From the NCBI GenBank assembly GCA_051294375.1, contig CM119265.1, positions 28,302,260-28,366,259 on the forward strand: 64,000 bases of DNA, read 5' to 3'. The DNA comes from Paraspadella gotoi (taxonomy: Eukaryota; Animalia; Chaetognatha). How positions within the stretch are numbered: the first letter of the stretch is position 1; each line of letters starts with the position of its first letter. This document shows positions 24,125 to 37,244 of the stretch, one piece after another. Under the pieces are notes generated by a model. That model saw only the letters and a program-made list of their open reading frames with translations, searched no databases and was not told the origin of the DNA. The position numbers and the translations under genes were made by a program.

Positions 24125-27100
24125 CGAGAGAGGAGACGCAGGAGACGAGAGGAAAGATGTGACGATGAGAGAGATGTAGAGAGAGTTAGAGAGCTAGGAG
24201 AGAGACATCACTTGTGTAATATCATTGTATTTCCCTAATCCAATTGGGTTTTTCCCTCAAAGCTGTTGTAGAAATGAAACTTTATTATACTAAGATACTA
24301 TACTTAGTTTCAGATGTAATAAAAATATTATAAGTTTTATCAAAAAAGATAATATAGTACGGTACCATTTTCATTTATAAATGTAATTGAGAGAGATATA
24401 GTTAAGATTTATTGTTGTTATTTAACAATAATTTAACCTATTTTATAGTGAACTGTTAATGAGTAGATAAGGTCATATTTTTTCAATGAGAAGTTTGAAG
24501 TCGAAAAATATAGAGAACGCCAAAAGAAGTACGTATTGAGAGATGAAGATCTTCTTCTGTCGAGTAATTTGCGGCTCTTTAGACCGGTCAGGCGTGATAT
24601 GTTCTGATACTGTCTCCAAAAACAAGAGATCGAAAGGTATTGAAGTAAATAACGAAGAGACTTAAAAAAACGAAATTTTGGCGTGGCCTCTTTGATCAAT
24701 CCATACCATCTCTCCTTGTTTGAACTTCCGAAATTCAAAAATCCGCATCATATCCTATAGTCGGTAATTAATACCTCGCTTTAATACAAACCCTGCCATA
24801 ACATTCTGAGTGTTCACATCATAGTCGTTCTCTAATCTCGCCTTAAATGTATTTTCACTCTTGTTCTCAGTCTCATTTTTTCTTCTTCTCTTCCTCAACT
24901 CCTCACTTCCTCTCGTACTCTTCATGCTTGAGGCCTCTATTCGACTTGTCCCATCTTAACCGTCTTTTCTCTGCTTCTCTTTCCTTTCTCTCTCTCGTTC
25001 CTTCTTTTAAACTTCTCGGGTCCTTTCTTCAATTCCTTAGTTGGAACCGTTTGTCTCTCTCTCGTTCTCTCCTTGCTCTCGCTCTCTTACAACTTATTTA
25101 TTTCTTTGCACTGATGAAGCGCGACACATGATAAGTCTCCCTAAATATGTGTCATTATGCACTCTCCTTGATACATCAGTTCTTGATTTGTCAAGACATT
25201 GTTTTGTTTCTTCTTCTTTTTCATGTGCGTTCGCGTAGCAGATGTTAAGGAGTCTTAGTATTTGTTTTTCTATTTCTGGAACCTCACCGAATTATTTCTG
25301 TTAGCATGAAAGGCTGGACATATTGCGTGTGCTCCGCGCTCTCGACTGCTAGACCTTCAATTCGCAGGCTCCATCAGTATCGTCCTACTTCCTTTCTTTC
25401 TATGCTAAATCTAAATTCAGTAACTGTTTCAAAATTACAAATATCTAACTATTTCTCATTTAACATTCCCCGCTTTGCACAAGTTTCTCTCTCAACAACA
25501 CATTCTCGTCTATCGTGCTGTGCGACATAATCATTATATAATAGCACACAATACACCTTATATAATATTTTCCAAGGCAATGGATATTAAAGATAGGTAT
25601 CCCTCTTATCATAATTGCGATAACTCTTTGTGACCATTAAATTTTTATATTGGGTTGTTCTTCGCCTCCGTGTTTTCTTCATACTTTTTTTTTTTCATTT
25701 TCATTTGGGGTCTAAATCTCGTTCACACTTTACTTAAGTCATAATAGAATGTCTAGGTTAGAATGATACTTTACCTATATAGATAGCCCTTTTAATATAA
25801 GTTTACTATTTTGAAAGTTGAATTCCTAAGATGACATTGATCCCATTTATGATTGCTCGTTCACAAAACCCCTTCACCAAATATCCTAAACATCACGTGC
25901 GAATACTAGTATTATATGGTCATTGGGAATAATTCTCGTATATAGTTGTTCGATAGCTCTTAAATAAAAATGCTCCTCGTATCAGGTTATTTTTATAAGC
26001 CTAGTTTATGTTTGACTTATTTTCATTAGTGAAGGGAATGTAAATCAATATGTAGAATTAATATTGGGTATTAATATTCAATATCTATTATTTTTGTTGT
26101 TATATACTCCTATATTACTTAGACAGATTCAGGTATCAATTCCATCCATTCATCTATCATCAACTACCAGCCTAATTTACCATACACAAAGATGCCAATC
26201 GAATCTCATATGTGACTTTCATCATTCACTCTCAATTCTTCCCTAAAAAAGCACTAAGAAATTTTTATTACATTCGTTTGTTATCAGTTTGTAAATTTTC
26301 ACAATTTTCGTATTCGCTGTTCATAAAATTTGAATAACCCAAAACGTTTCACCATTCGGTTTCATTCTGCTTTCATTCACTTTCATTCACCTTTCATTCA
26401 ACTTTCGTATTCACTGTTCATATCATTTTTATCGCTTTCATTCGCTTTCATCTCATCATGTTTTCATTATCTTTTCATTCACTTTCATTCACTTTCAAAT
26501 TGATCACCGTAAATATTACCAATACTTGCTTCCAGACTTTATAAGTGTTTTATGTCCCGCTTTCATTCCACTTTCATTCAAGCTTTACATTGCACTTCTC
26601 ATATAACGCTCCAATTTCATATGCACTTTTCAGTGATTAAGTTAGTATATTTTTTCTATATTCACATAAACTCTTAATATCATATTTTAAAAAGTCCTTA
26701 GGAAAACTACAACGCTGAATTTGTTGCCACTGCTTAAAATGTTGTTTTTCTAGCGCCAAATATCTGTATTATTATTAAAATCTGTATTGTTGTCCTTTTT
26801 GAAATCGATAGCTCTTTTTCCAATACTGTATTATACAGGTCACCCACTTTTCAGTATATAAAGTCTTTTATAATCCACCTCTCATTTTGAATTGAAATTC
26901 CGTTGTATTCAATCTCTTTTTAACCATACTAAGCTATAACTACTTAATTAATTATCTGACTCTAATCTGAGTCTCTGCCCCATTCACCTAGTACTCATAC
27001 TTTCCTTATCAACCTACAATTCTGTTAGCTTCTCTTCTGAATTCAACATCCTCATTTTCGAATATCGCCTCAAACTTCAATCTGGGGTTTAAATCACTAA

Positions 27101-29600
27101 AACCCCAAAAACCTTTCATTTCTGCTTGTATGAATCTCAGGTCTTCCAAAAAATTTAATTTGAAGTTTTATTTTTGTCAACACTGCACAATATCCTGTTA
27201 TCACTGGGAAACGCCGCCAGATCTGCTTTGAGAATAGAGTAACTCAATCTGTATGGGAGTTTTTGATCAGAGTGCTTGGTCAATGATACCTCACGCTATT
27301 CTGCTTACTTAATCTGCAAGTATCATTTTTACCTTTATCTCTGCCTTTCACATTTCGCCTTTATTCTCACACATTCATGTTAAAATTCTAAATCTATCAC
27401 TATATGATTTTATGTCCTTTTGAAGGAAAATGTTTGTAGTCACTTATCCAGTTTGTCGGTAGAATATATATACGTTTCCCAGTTTTTTTAATTTAGGCTC
27501 GATCCCAGATCGAATCACACAGAACACCATTCATTTAGTTAGATCAAGTAGGTCATGTTCCTACCAGGATTGATCTAAACATACAGTTGATTAGCATCTA
27601 TGAAAATATATCCCCGGACGTTTTCCAAGGATGAAAAGGATAAAATCTTGGTTGACCTCTTTAAGTTACAGAAAATCGCATAAATGTGTACTACAGATCA
27701 CTGTGGTTGAATATAATCAATATCATCAACAACTCTGGCTAAATTTGCCGCCACTCGAAAATCTATTATACCGATACGTCCTCTGAAAGTTCATTCTACC
27801 CATCTGTATCACACAAAAGTCTTGATCTCGAAAATTCTTATAATCTGATGGAATTAATATTCTTATCTTGTGAAACCCCCCCCCATACCTATCAATCTCT
27901 TTCACTCGGATCTCTACTTTCGCCTAGATGTAGTGTTGGAGTGGGGTTCGAAATAGAGCATTTAACGCAATAGGAATGTTGATCACCAAATAGCTTGTAG
28001 TACACCCGCGATAACATACTGCCTGAGAGTGTAAGGAGGGGAATGATTTTGGCTCCTTAATTACTCACCCTTCTTTGATATCTTCCACCTAACTCAGATT
28101 CTCTTTGCGGCGATTGAATTCTCATCTCCCCCCATTTCCCTGTATCTAGCCTTTTTTCCGCCTGCCCAATCCCTGCGTATCGTCTCACTCGATCCCTCTT
28201 TCCCTTTCCATGTCCTCCCGCAATCTTGTATCACCCTGGATTTCTCGACTGAACGAAACTTTCTCTGTCTGCTGCCAACCGCATCTGTGATCTCTCACTA
28301 TGATACTCTTGCCTTTCAATCTCCACTCATCCTGTTATCACTCCCATCTTGTATCTCGCCTACGTTCATGCTACAAATTTGCGGATTCCCATCGACTCCG
28401 TTTTCGGCCGTTGTAAAAAACAGGGGCGTGAACGGCCCCATGGGGCGAGTGTATTCTTAGTCCGGACTTCCTCAAACCACTTTCGAGTCAAATCTCTTTC
28501 GGCCTTCATCTCCCCTCAAATTTCATCTTTATCCGGACCGCCGCAACCCCCGATTTCCTTTCCTCCACGATCACCACTCTGTAATCTTCTTACTCCGGAG
28601 CAGCTCTTGTCCCTTTCATCTGCCGCTGATTCGCTATGACCCCCTGTAGTCCACCTTCTCGCCCAACTTATTTCGCTTACCGTCAATCGCCCGTGGGTAT
28701 CCCATCCTCAACTCTCGGCACTATCTTTGATTTTCCCTTTGGTTCGATCGATCTCCCAGCAACTCCTTGTCCAGTCTCGCTACCGCTACTCCCCTCACCA
28801 TCTGTAAATCTCTCACTCTCGGATCTTTTCCCTTTCAATCTACCCCATTTCCTGTATCACCCTCCATCTGTAATCCTCTACTCTTCGATTATCTTTTTTC
28901 CCTTCCTTCCATCTTACAACTGCCATTGGTTTCCTTACTCTGTATGCCTCGCACACGAATGCCCGCGAAAAAAGGGAAAAAGTGCGGACGCGTGTTCTAT
29001 CCGACGCTATTCTGTTGTATCTCTTGTCTATCCGGGATCTCGACGTCGCTTCTTTTCCCTTTTTCACCACATCCCGTTTAATTTCTCCTATACCTCTGAG
29101 GTAGCGCGTTATTCCGCGTCGACAGTTTTAATTTGTCCCCCGAGTCGACCCGATCGGATCGACTCAAGCACTTTCCGACTTCTCGCGAGAAAGCCTTCGA
29201 GGGAGAAACGATTACGGAGAGAAACGGACTTATGTAGACATGGAGTCCAGGGAGCACGAAAGGAGATCTAGAGTACTGGAGTAGTATAGGAGAACGGAAG
29301 AGAGAGAGGAGAGAGAGAGGAGAGAGGAGCACGGGAGGAAAGAGTGGAAGGAAGGAGCAGAGATAGAGTCACCGGAATAGATATAAGTATGAGAGAAATT
29401 GAGAGAGGAGTTGGTAGTGAAATAGGTACATTTTGTTTCTCTCGCTAACGTCCTCATGACGTCATCTAATGTTCCCGTATCTCTGCGCTCTCTCCGCTCA
29501 CGTGCGTCTCGCATCGTCTCTCTTCTCTCTCTCTCTCTCCTCATCTCTCGTACTCCTCTCTCTCTCTCTCTCTCTCCCTCTCACAACATCGATGATTTCT
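21140..29600 (+). other. Insertion-riddled collinear copy of ~18280-21000 (probable raw low-quality long read)
   Basis: Ordered anchors 21165~18285, 21790~18497, 23360~18903, 24003~19317, 24650~19687, 26212~20236, 27000~20716. The stretch ends near a 25-N gap. Confidence 0.8.
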
Positions 29601-30840
29601 CTTTCCTCACTTTTCAACAGGTGCCGTCGCATTAAAAACTTTAACAAAAAATTAAACAGTAAAAATTATCAAATAGTTTTTTAATAAAAATCTGATAATT
29701 TTTTGATNNNNNNNNNNNNNNNNNNNNNNNNNATAATTTATTTAATCATATTATACGTAGCTACGTTGACAATGTTTGGACAGAACTTTAAACACTTCTA
29801 TTCTTCAAAAATAGCCATCTGGTCTCAAACTTTAATAAAGTAATCTGCGTTAATGACATAACGTAAAATAGACGGATAGATGTCTATCACAATATGTCAG
29901 AGTCACGAGTCGCCAATTATGACATAGTGACGTTAAAACGGATTATTCTTCATGACATTCTGTCATTAAGCCGGACTCTCTCTCTCTCTAAGTCTATGAC
30001 ATCGTGACATACAGACAGACAGACAGATCAGTCTGCCCTCAAGAGATAGAAGGGAAAAAAAAGTTCCCCCCGAAGAAAATCTACGAAGCGGATGTTTCGA
30101 TATTAAATTTATTTTGGGAAAAGTTAAAAACTATTTTAAAAATAATAAAACTTTTTTTTCGTATTGAACAGTTGGCCATGAAAATTGATTGATAAATCTA
30201 AAAAAATGAATAATAATGATATAAATAAACAAATACATCAATATAATAAATTACTTAATGAGATCCATNNNNNNNNNNNNNNNNNNNNNNNNNNNNNNNN
30301 NNNNNNNNNNNNNNNNNNNNNNNNNNNNNNNNNNNNNNNNNNNNNNNNNNNNNNNNNNNNNNNNNNNNNNNNNNNNNNNNNNNNNNNNNNNNNNNNNNNN
30401 NNNNNNNNNNNNNNNNNNNNNNNNNNNNNNNNNNNNNNNNNNNNNNNNNNNNNNNNNNNNNNNNNNNNNNNNNNNNNNNNNNNNNNNNNNNNNNNNNNNN
30501 NNNNNNNNNNNNNNNNNNNNNNNNNNNNNNNNNNNNNNNNNNNNNNNNNNNNNNNNNNNNNNNNNNNNNNNNNNNNNNNNNNNNNNNNNNNNNNNNNNNN
30601 NNNNNNNNNNNNNNNNNNNNNNNNNNNNGATTTCATAAAAAATATTTTAGCGAACATTCGTTTCATGATCCTAACTTTATCTCTTCCCACTTTCAATAGT
30701 GAACCGCCAACGGGGCCCACCTCTCTCTCTCACTCCTACTGTACTATTAATTAAACAAAGCGACTAATTCCTTACCAAATTAGCACATATTAGCATATTA
30801 GCACACATTAGCATATATCCTTTCTCTTTCCTCTTTTCAG

Positions 30841-30987
30841 ATCACAAACTCAAACTTGACAATTACGTTCCCAATTTCGCCAATCGTGTGGAGGACGACG
30901 AACTGGAGCTTCCGCTGCAAAGCGACGAACCTCACCCTGGCGCGTCTCTGCCGCTGCCGCCGCCGCAGGACGGGAGTATTCCTAAAG
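30841..30987 (+). CDS. Fibrinogen-related gene, exon E (Pro-rich linker to the FReD start)
   Basis: ctcttttcag| (Y)HKLKLDNYVPNFANRVEDDELELPLQSDEPHPGASLPLPPPQDGSIPK |gtgagt; phase 1 to 1. Joining it to exon F gives the canonical PKDC. Confidence 0.85.
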
Positions 30988-33791
30988 GTGAGTTTTGTTG
31001 GAGGGAGTGAGTGATGGGGAAAGGGGGTGAGAGAGAGAGAGAGANNNNNNNNNNNNNNNNNNNNNNNNNNNNNNNNNNNNNNNNNNNNNNNNNNNNNNNN
31101 NNNNNNNNNNNNNNNNNNNNNNNNNNNNNNNNNNNNNNNNNNNNNNNNNNNNNNNNNNNNNNNNNNNNNNNNNNNNNNNNNNNNNGACCCTAACTAGGTC
31201 CATAGCCTCAAGCAATGTTTGTCGATGGAAGGAAAGATTTCTTTTTATTTATTTTCTTTTCTTTTCTGTTTTTTTTNNNNNNNNNNNNNNNNNNNNNNNN
31301 NAAAAGAAGAGAGATTATCTGTTGAATTTATAAAAAGAAAGAAAACTTATTCTTTTGTTTAAATGTTTACATTTCGATTTTTTGTTAGGTAAAAAAAGAA
31401 ATTTGAAAGATAGTTAAGATATAAGAAAAAGGAAAGGAAATGAACAAATTATTTTTTTTTTAAATGGAACATATACAAAAATTGGACTACTTAAAAAAAG
31501 AGCGACCAACATATGTTTTAGGTCACGTTTTTTCGGAGCTAATTTAAACATATCATTATTTTATAAATAAGTAGGAGGAGACGAGTTCGGCTCGAGGGAA
31601 TAATCAGAATTTTCGTTCGATTTCCGTTAAAAATAGTTTCATCAAAAGTAATATAGTAAGACCAATACAAAGTGTGGCAATATGGGCATATTTCGAAAGC
31701 GTGGGGTCTTGTGGAGACAACTGGGGGGGAGCGCGAGCAATCTTTTGAACATTTAATATTTAAAAGTGCAATTAAAGAGGACTGGTGTGTGCCTTTTTTT
31801 AAATGTCTTTCTTTTCCTTACTGTCGTTTCTCTTAATTAAAACAAAAGGTAATTATGGCTACAGGATAATGAAGACCACTGTCTTGGCTTCAATTCGATA
31901 TCATTACATCCATAATTCTTGCAAGCTTGCTTGTTTATTTAAGCATCAAATAAAATAGTTTTTCAGTTGTATTTATACCCTCGTGCCCTAGAGATAGAGG
32001 ATTTTCGAGTTATCAGCAGTTAGATAATGTTTGAACTTTCCTTTTTAAGGGGGAGCGCGGAAAAAAAATTTAAACAATTAATATTAATCAAAGAGTAAAT
32101 CCAAATCATGATTTTTTCCTCAATAAATCCGCTTAAGATTCTTTGTTTTATGCTCGTCGGCGCCGTATTGAATTTGCTGGGCGTATTAGTTTCTTTGTTT
32201 GCGCGTGCACGGCTCGGGAGCCTCATGTCATGGCTGTGGCTCGCGATCTTTTGTTGAGCGAATCGCTTCGGATGGCCACTGGCGACAATGAACGGGTCAT
32301 TTCTCTCTGGTTTCTTCGTAATGGCTTCTGGGATGGGAATTTAAAACAAATAGTTCAAATTATTAGCATTTTTCAGCGGCTCACGATCGTATTACAAAGG
32401 AGAAACGCAAATCTCCTTTCAACTGGACCGTTGTTCAGCCTAACGTCTTTCCCCTCGCATTAACGGCATCTCTACTAAAATAAAATAAATAAATTTGAAT
32501 AAATTAAAGTTAAGAAATAAATTAAGATTAAATGTAAGTTAACATGAAGGGTTAGTTAGGTTTAAGTGTAAGTTGGGTTAAGGGAAATTAGGGTTAGGAA
32601 TAAATTAAGGGCAAATTAGGGTTCGGATAATAATAAGGTTATTGTGAAGATATTTCGACTCTCCTTCACCGTTAACAAATTTTCTTTGGTCAGTCTTACG
32701 TACCGGCCAAAATTAGTGGCATTTTTCTCCCTCTTTGATTTCCTTGTGAATTATTAGGACTTTTTTAGTTTAGTTTTGAAACTCAATGAAATAGTTTCAC
32801 CCGGAAAAACATACGCTTCGGATAACAACTGGCGACAACAATCGGGGTCATTTCCCACTGTTCTATAGTAACCGCGGTTGCTACCTTGCATTCAACTTGA
32901 AATTGGCCAAGAAATTATTATTATTATTGTTGTTCGTGTGATCATTTCAGCATTTGTGCTTTCGTAATAAGAAACGCGGTATTAACTTCGAAAAGTTCGT
33001 CCTCAAAAACTTCGGATTGATGAAAACGGGCAAAGGGGGATAGAAGTATTAATCACTGATTTTTGCTCTGTGTCTCTGTCTCTCTCTCTTACTTTATTCA
33101 ATCCTGAAAAATTGATCATAATACCTGAAATACCGTGTGTTATATTTTATTAGATAATTATTATTGTGAAAAAATGCAACAATTTATGTTTAATAGAACT
33201 TCATTACAACTCAATTCTTTTTACTTTAAATAAAAACGAGTGCATTTGTACGAGTACATTCATAGGAATCTGCTTACCAGTCAATTGTCCAGAGTATGTT
33301 ATCATTTTATTAGTCGATGAAAAGATAGTATGGTAGTCAGCAGATTAGTTCAAATTTTTGAAATGTATTTTAAGAAAAAAATGATATTTGGTAGAAAAGA
33401 TCTTTGAACCGCTCAGATATGTTTTGTGATTTGTTCATGGCGTTGACTCATTGACATTAGGGCTGCTGTAAATCAATAATTTTGAAAAAATTATATCCGT
33501 CTTTGTTAGGGCTATCTTGGAATCGCATAATCTGTAACCTGAAATCGCTCACAGGGACATGGCAAGTTCTTCAAACACAGGCTGTGTGGGAACCCTTGTA
33601 ACAAGAACTAAGCCTTTGGTTTAATTTTATTTATTTTATATTAATTACTTGGAAAGTAATTCACAAGAGAATATAATTGTATCATTTAATTTTATTATTA
33701 TTTACAAGATTTAGCATTTTTCCTTAAAGATTATAATAATATTAAGTAATAAAACTGAATAAATGAATAATAATAAAGTTTTAGATGTTTA

Positions 33792-34791
33792 AAGACAATT
33801 CGCCGATCCTGGCCAGTCGTTTTGGCCAAAGATATCGATATGAATTCCTCTCTCTCTCTCCGGTTTTATTATCTTTCTCTCTCGTATAAAACTGAGGGTA
33901 TGTGATTACTTTATTGCCAATATTTTTCTGTAAAATATACTCTTGAACATCGCGAATTTTGTCCGTTTCTTTCTTAAAATAAAAATTCCTATTTCTATTC
34001 ATAGAAAGTTATTTAAAAAAATTTCATGAGCTTTTTCCCGATTCGTCGACCTCGAATTTCTAAACTCGATTTCTTTATTGAATCTTGGGCCCGGAATCGA
34101 GCATTCTACTCGTACCGTGCTCGTAGTACAAATCCTTATGGAACCAAAAACGAAATCCTTAACATAGGGCGACTTGATTACGCGAGGAAGGCGATTTTTA
34201 AGTGACGTTTTGGGCCATAACTTTTGAATGCCTGAACCGATTTTGCTGATTTTTTGCATGAAGCGCTCGAAAAAGAATTTCCCTATCGTTCGGTACCAAA
34301 TTTGTACGAAAAAATTTGAAATAAAACTTCTTGTTGGTTCTCGCTTATTTTATAAATAAGAGAACAAAACGAAAAAATAAGAGAAAGAGAGAGAGAAAGT
34401 GCGGAAATTCTTTTCTTCCTAATTGGTTTCGCCCTGAGGATATCATTACGAACAAGAAAAATGTCTTGCGTATCTGGGGAATAAAAACCCCATTAATATT
34501 GGGAGACCAGAGGGAAACATTTCTCACTCGAGGTCAACAATAATGAGTGTTCCGATTTAAAAAAAAAATTTTGGTTCAAAAATCTAATTTACATATTGTA
34601 GTAAAGCCGTGATTTACTTTTTACTCGCGTTTTACAAAAAAAGAACGACTTTGTTGATTTTTCTTCCAGTCAAGTCTAAAATTATAAATACGAACAGAAT
34701 ACATTTTGAATGAAATATTTTCTTTTGTCTCGACTTTTTAAAGTTTGGCCTTAGTGTTGGTCTCACTGAGATCTCGTTGAGAACTTGTCTT
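33792..34791. mobile_element. Possible Helentron/HINE (DINE-like) non-autonomous element
   Basis: Short inverted ends AAGACAATTC (33792) and GAACTTGTCTT (34781). Near-palindrome CTCACTGAGATCTCGTTGAG next to the end. Internal CCATAACTTTTGAA...CCGATTTT...ACCAAATTT motif. Confidence 0.35.
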
Positions 34792-35546
34792 ATTTGTAAT
34801 TTGTCGCAGCTGTTGTTTTATAAATATCTAAATTTTTCAAAAAAAAAAAATCTCTAAATCTACCCATCATAAGGGTTGAGTCCTGTAATCTCGGAATGGT
34901 CAAAAAATAGAATCAATCAGTCAATCACAGATAAAATGCACAGATTTTATTTGGTTTATTAACAATCTTCCTCGTGTGTTTAATATTTAATTATTAATAT
35001 TTAATAACTCCTTTTATTTCTCCTCAATTAACCACGCCTACTTCCTTCGTTATTATTATTATTATTACACATTAATTTATTTATCTACATTTATTTACAT
35101 GATTCGTGTTAATAGTTATTATGGTCGTTAAAAGTCTAAAAAAATACACTAAAAAAAATAAACGATTTCACTTGATTGTGTTTTACTTTAAACGAAACAA
35201 AGTGTAATTACAAACAAACATTTGAAAGAAAAAATAATTAAAAAATAAAACAAAATAAAAAGAAATAAGAAGAAATGAAAAAAATAAATAAAAAGAAAAT
35301 CCATTGTATAGGAAATACGTTGTTGTCGGCCTCAGGAAAACATTCGAAAGGGAAAAAAACGGTTTGTTTTGCTAAAAAAAAACGTTTGTTTTGAGAGGAA
35401 TTAACGTTTTTTTTCTTTAAGTCAACTCGTTAATTGATAGGAAAAACAAGACATTCCGAGAGCCACGTTTCCCGCTTATTTCGACCTCGATGTTCGGATT
35501 TAACGAAATCTTAATGTTTTAGGACGGATTTAACGAAATCTGGCCA

Positions 35547-35700
35547 GAGGTTGAAATACTGATTTAGCGAAATCTGGAGGTTGAAATACTGATTTAGCGA
35601 AATCTGGAGGTTGAAATACTGATTTAGCGAAATCTGGAGGTTGAAATACTAATTTAGCGAAATCTGGAGGTTGAAATACTGATTTAGCGAAATCTGAATG
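35547..35700. repeat. 30-bp tandem repeat GAGGTTGAAATACTGATTTAGCGAAATCTG x5
   Basis: Near-identical units visible. Confidence 0.95.
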
Positions 35701-37244
35701 TTGAGCGATGGATTTAAATAATTGTTTGTTTTAAAGAAAAATTAAGTTCAAGTTATAACATTAGACGGTAGGTTACCCTATATTACAAGACTTTAAAACA
35801 AAACTATTAAGACTAATTACGATGAAAATTTAAGGCTGTTTTATTTTTTTAATTTTCACAAGATTCCAAAAGAAATACAAATCCAAGTAAACCGAAAGGA
35901 TTAACTAGAATGATAAAATTCTTCACTGGTTCTCCACCAAAAACCTTCTCTCGTTTTCAATTCATTTTAAATTCATTATTCAAGTTAAATATGCTTCTTT
36001 ATTTCTCCATTTTCTTTCATTTCTAATCCCCTTAAAAAAATCCTGGATTTTGAATTTGGTTGATTTAGTTTTAATTCAGCCTCCTCGCCCCTCTCTTTCC
36101 CTTAACTTAGTTTTATTTCAGCCTCCCTTCCCCTCTCTTTCCCTTAAGTTTACATTTAATACAAAATCCTTTGAATTTATTCTCTCCCTTTTGAAAAAGA
36201 AGCGTCTTTGTTATCTGCCTCCCCCCTGCGCCCCCTCCGCCCCACGAAAGAAAAAAACGCCTCGGAAGCGACTTGATGAAAGTTTCTCTTTTCCAGGAAA
36301 AAATGTTTCCCCCCCGGTCTTTCTTTCTTTCTTTCTTTCTTCTTTCTTCTTTCTTTCTTTCTTTCTTTCTTTCTTTTTTCTTTCTTTCCTTCTTTCTTTC
36401 TTTCTTTCTTTTCTTTCTTTCTTCTTTCTTTTCTTTCTTTCTTTCTTTCTTTCTTTTTTTTCTTTTTTCCACGGTTCAACAGAACATTAATTTGAGACTA
36501 AAATAATTTTTGTTTTAATTTTTACAATAATTTTTTTAATAAAGCTTTAGTCTTGTTTGAAGACTATTATTAACGAATACAACTAAAACGTATTTTTAAA
36601 AAATTTAAAAACAATAAAAATATAATAATATTTTATATTTTATTTTTTAAAAAAATTATTCAATATTTTTATTAATTTTTTGAAATTAGAATTAAATTTA
36701 AAAACTAATATTTTAAAATTAATGATTTTTTTAATTATTTTGAAATTAAAAATTAATGATAATAATGAAATGTTTAAAAACCTAAACTAATTTTATACTC
36801 AACCGTGACTAAAGGAAGAGGAAGAGGAAGAAAAGAATCAAAGGAAGTCTTTTTACTTGAAGACCCTTAGGGTAGATCTTGTGCAAGTATAATTTGGAGG
36901 GAGGAGAGAGAGAGAGAGAGAGAGAGAGANNNNNNNNNNNNNNNNNNNNNNNNNNNNNNNNNNNNNNNNNNNNNNNNNNNNNNNNNNNNNNNNNNNNNNN
37001 NNNNNNNNNNNNNNNNNNNNNNNNNNNNNNNNNNNNNNNNNNNNNNNNNNNNNNNNNNNNNNNNNNNNNTAGAATAGACATTAGATTGACAGATTAATCT
37101 GATGCACTGACAGAAACTCATTCCTTTCCAACTCGCGTAGCAGAGAATACGATTCGCGTAACACGGCTGTCCCGCTACGCAGAGTTCGGGATTCTTTATC
37201 CGCTGAACGAAACGAAAAGAAGAAGATTAAAGAAACAAGATCGG

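Noticed and set aside
21135-29684. Cluster of 60-211-aa ORFs in a GC-richer stretch suggesting a foreign insertion
   Set aside because: The region is a scrambled copy of 18280-21000 and the ORFs have no recognisable motifs.
33270-33470. Possible minus-strand exon bounded by AG and GTAAG
   Set aside because: Stop codons in all three frames.
35547-35700. 30-bp direct repeats as a CRISPR array
   Set aside because: The units are head-to-tail with no spacers.
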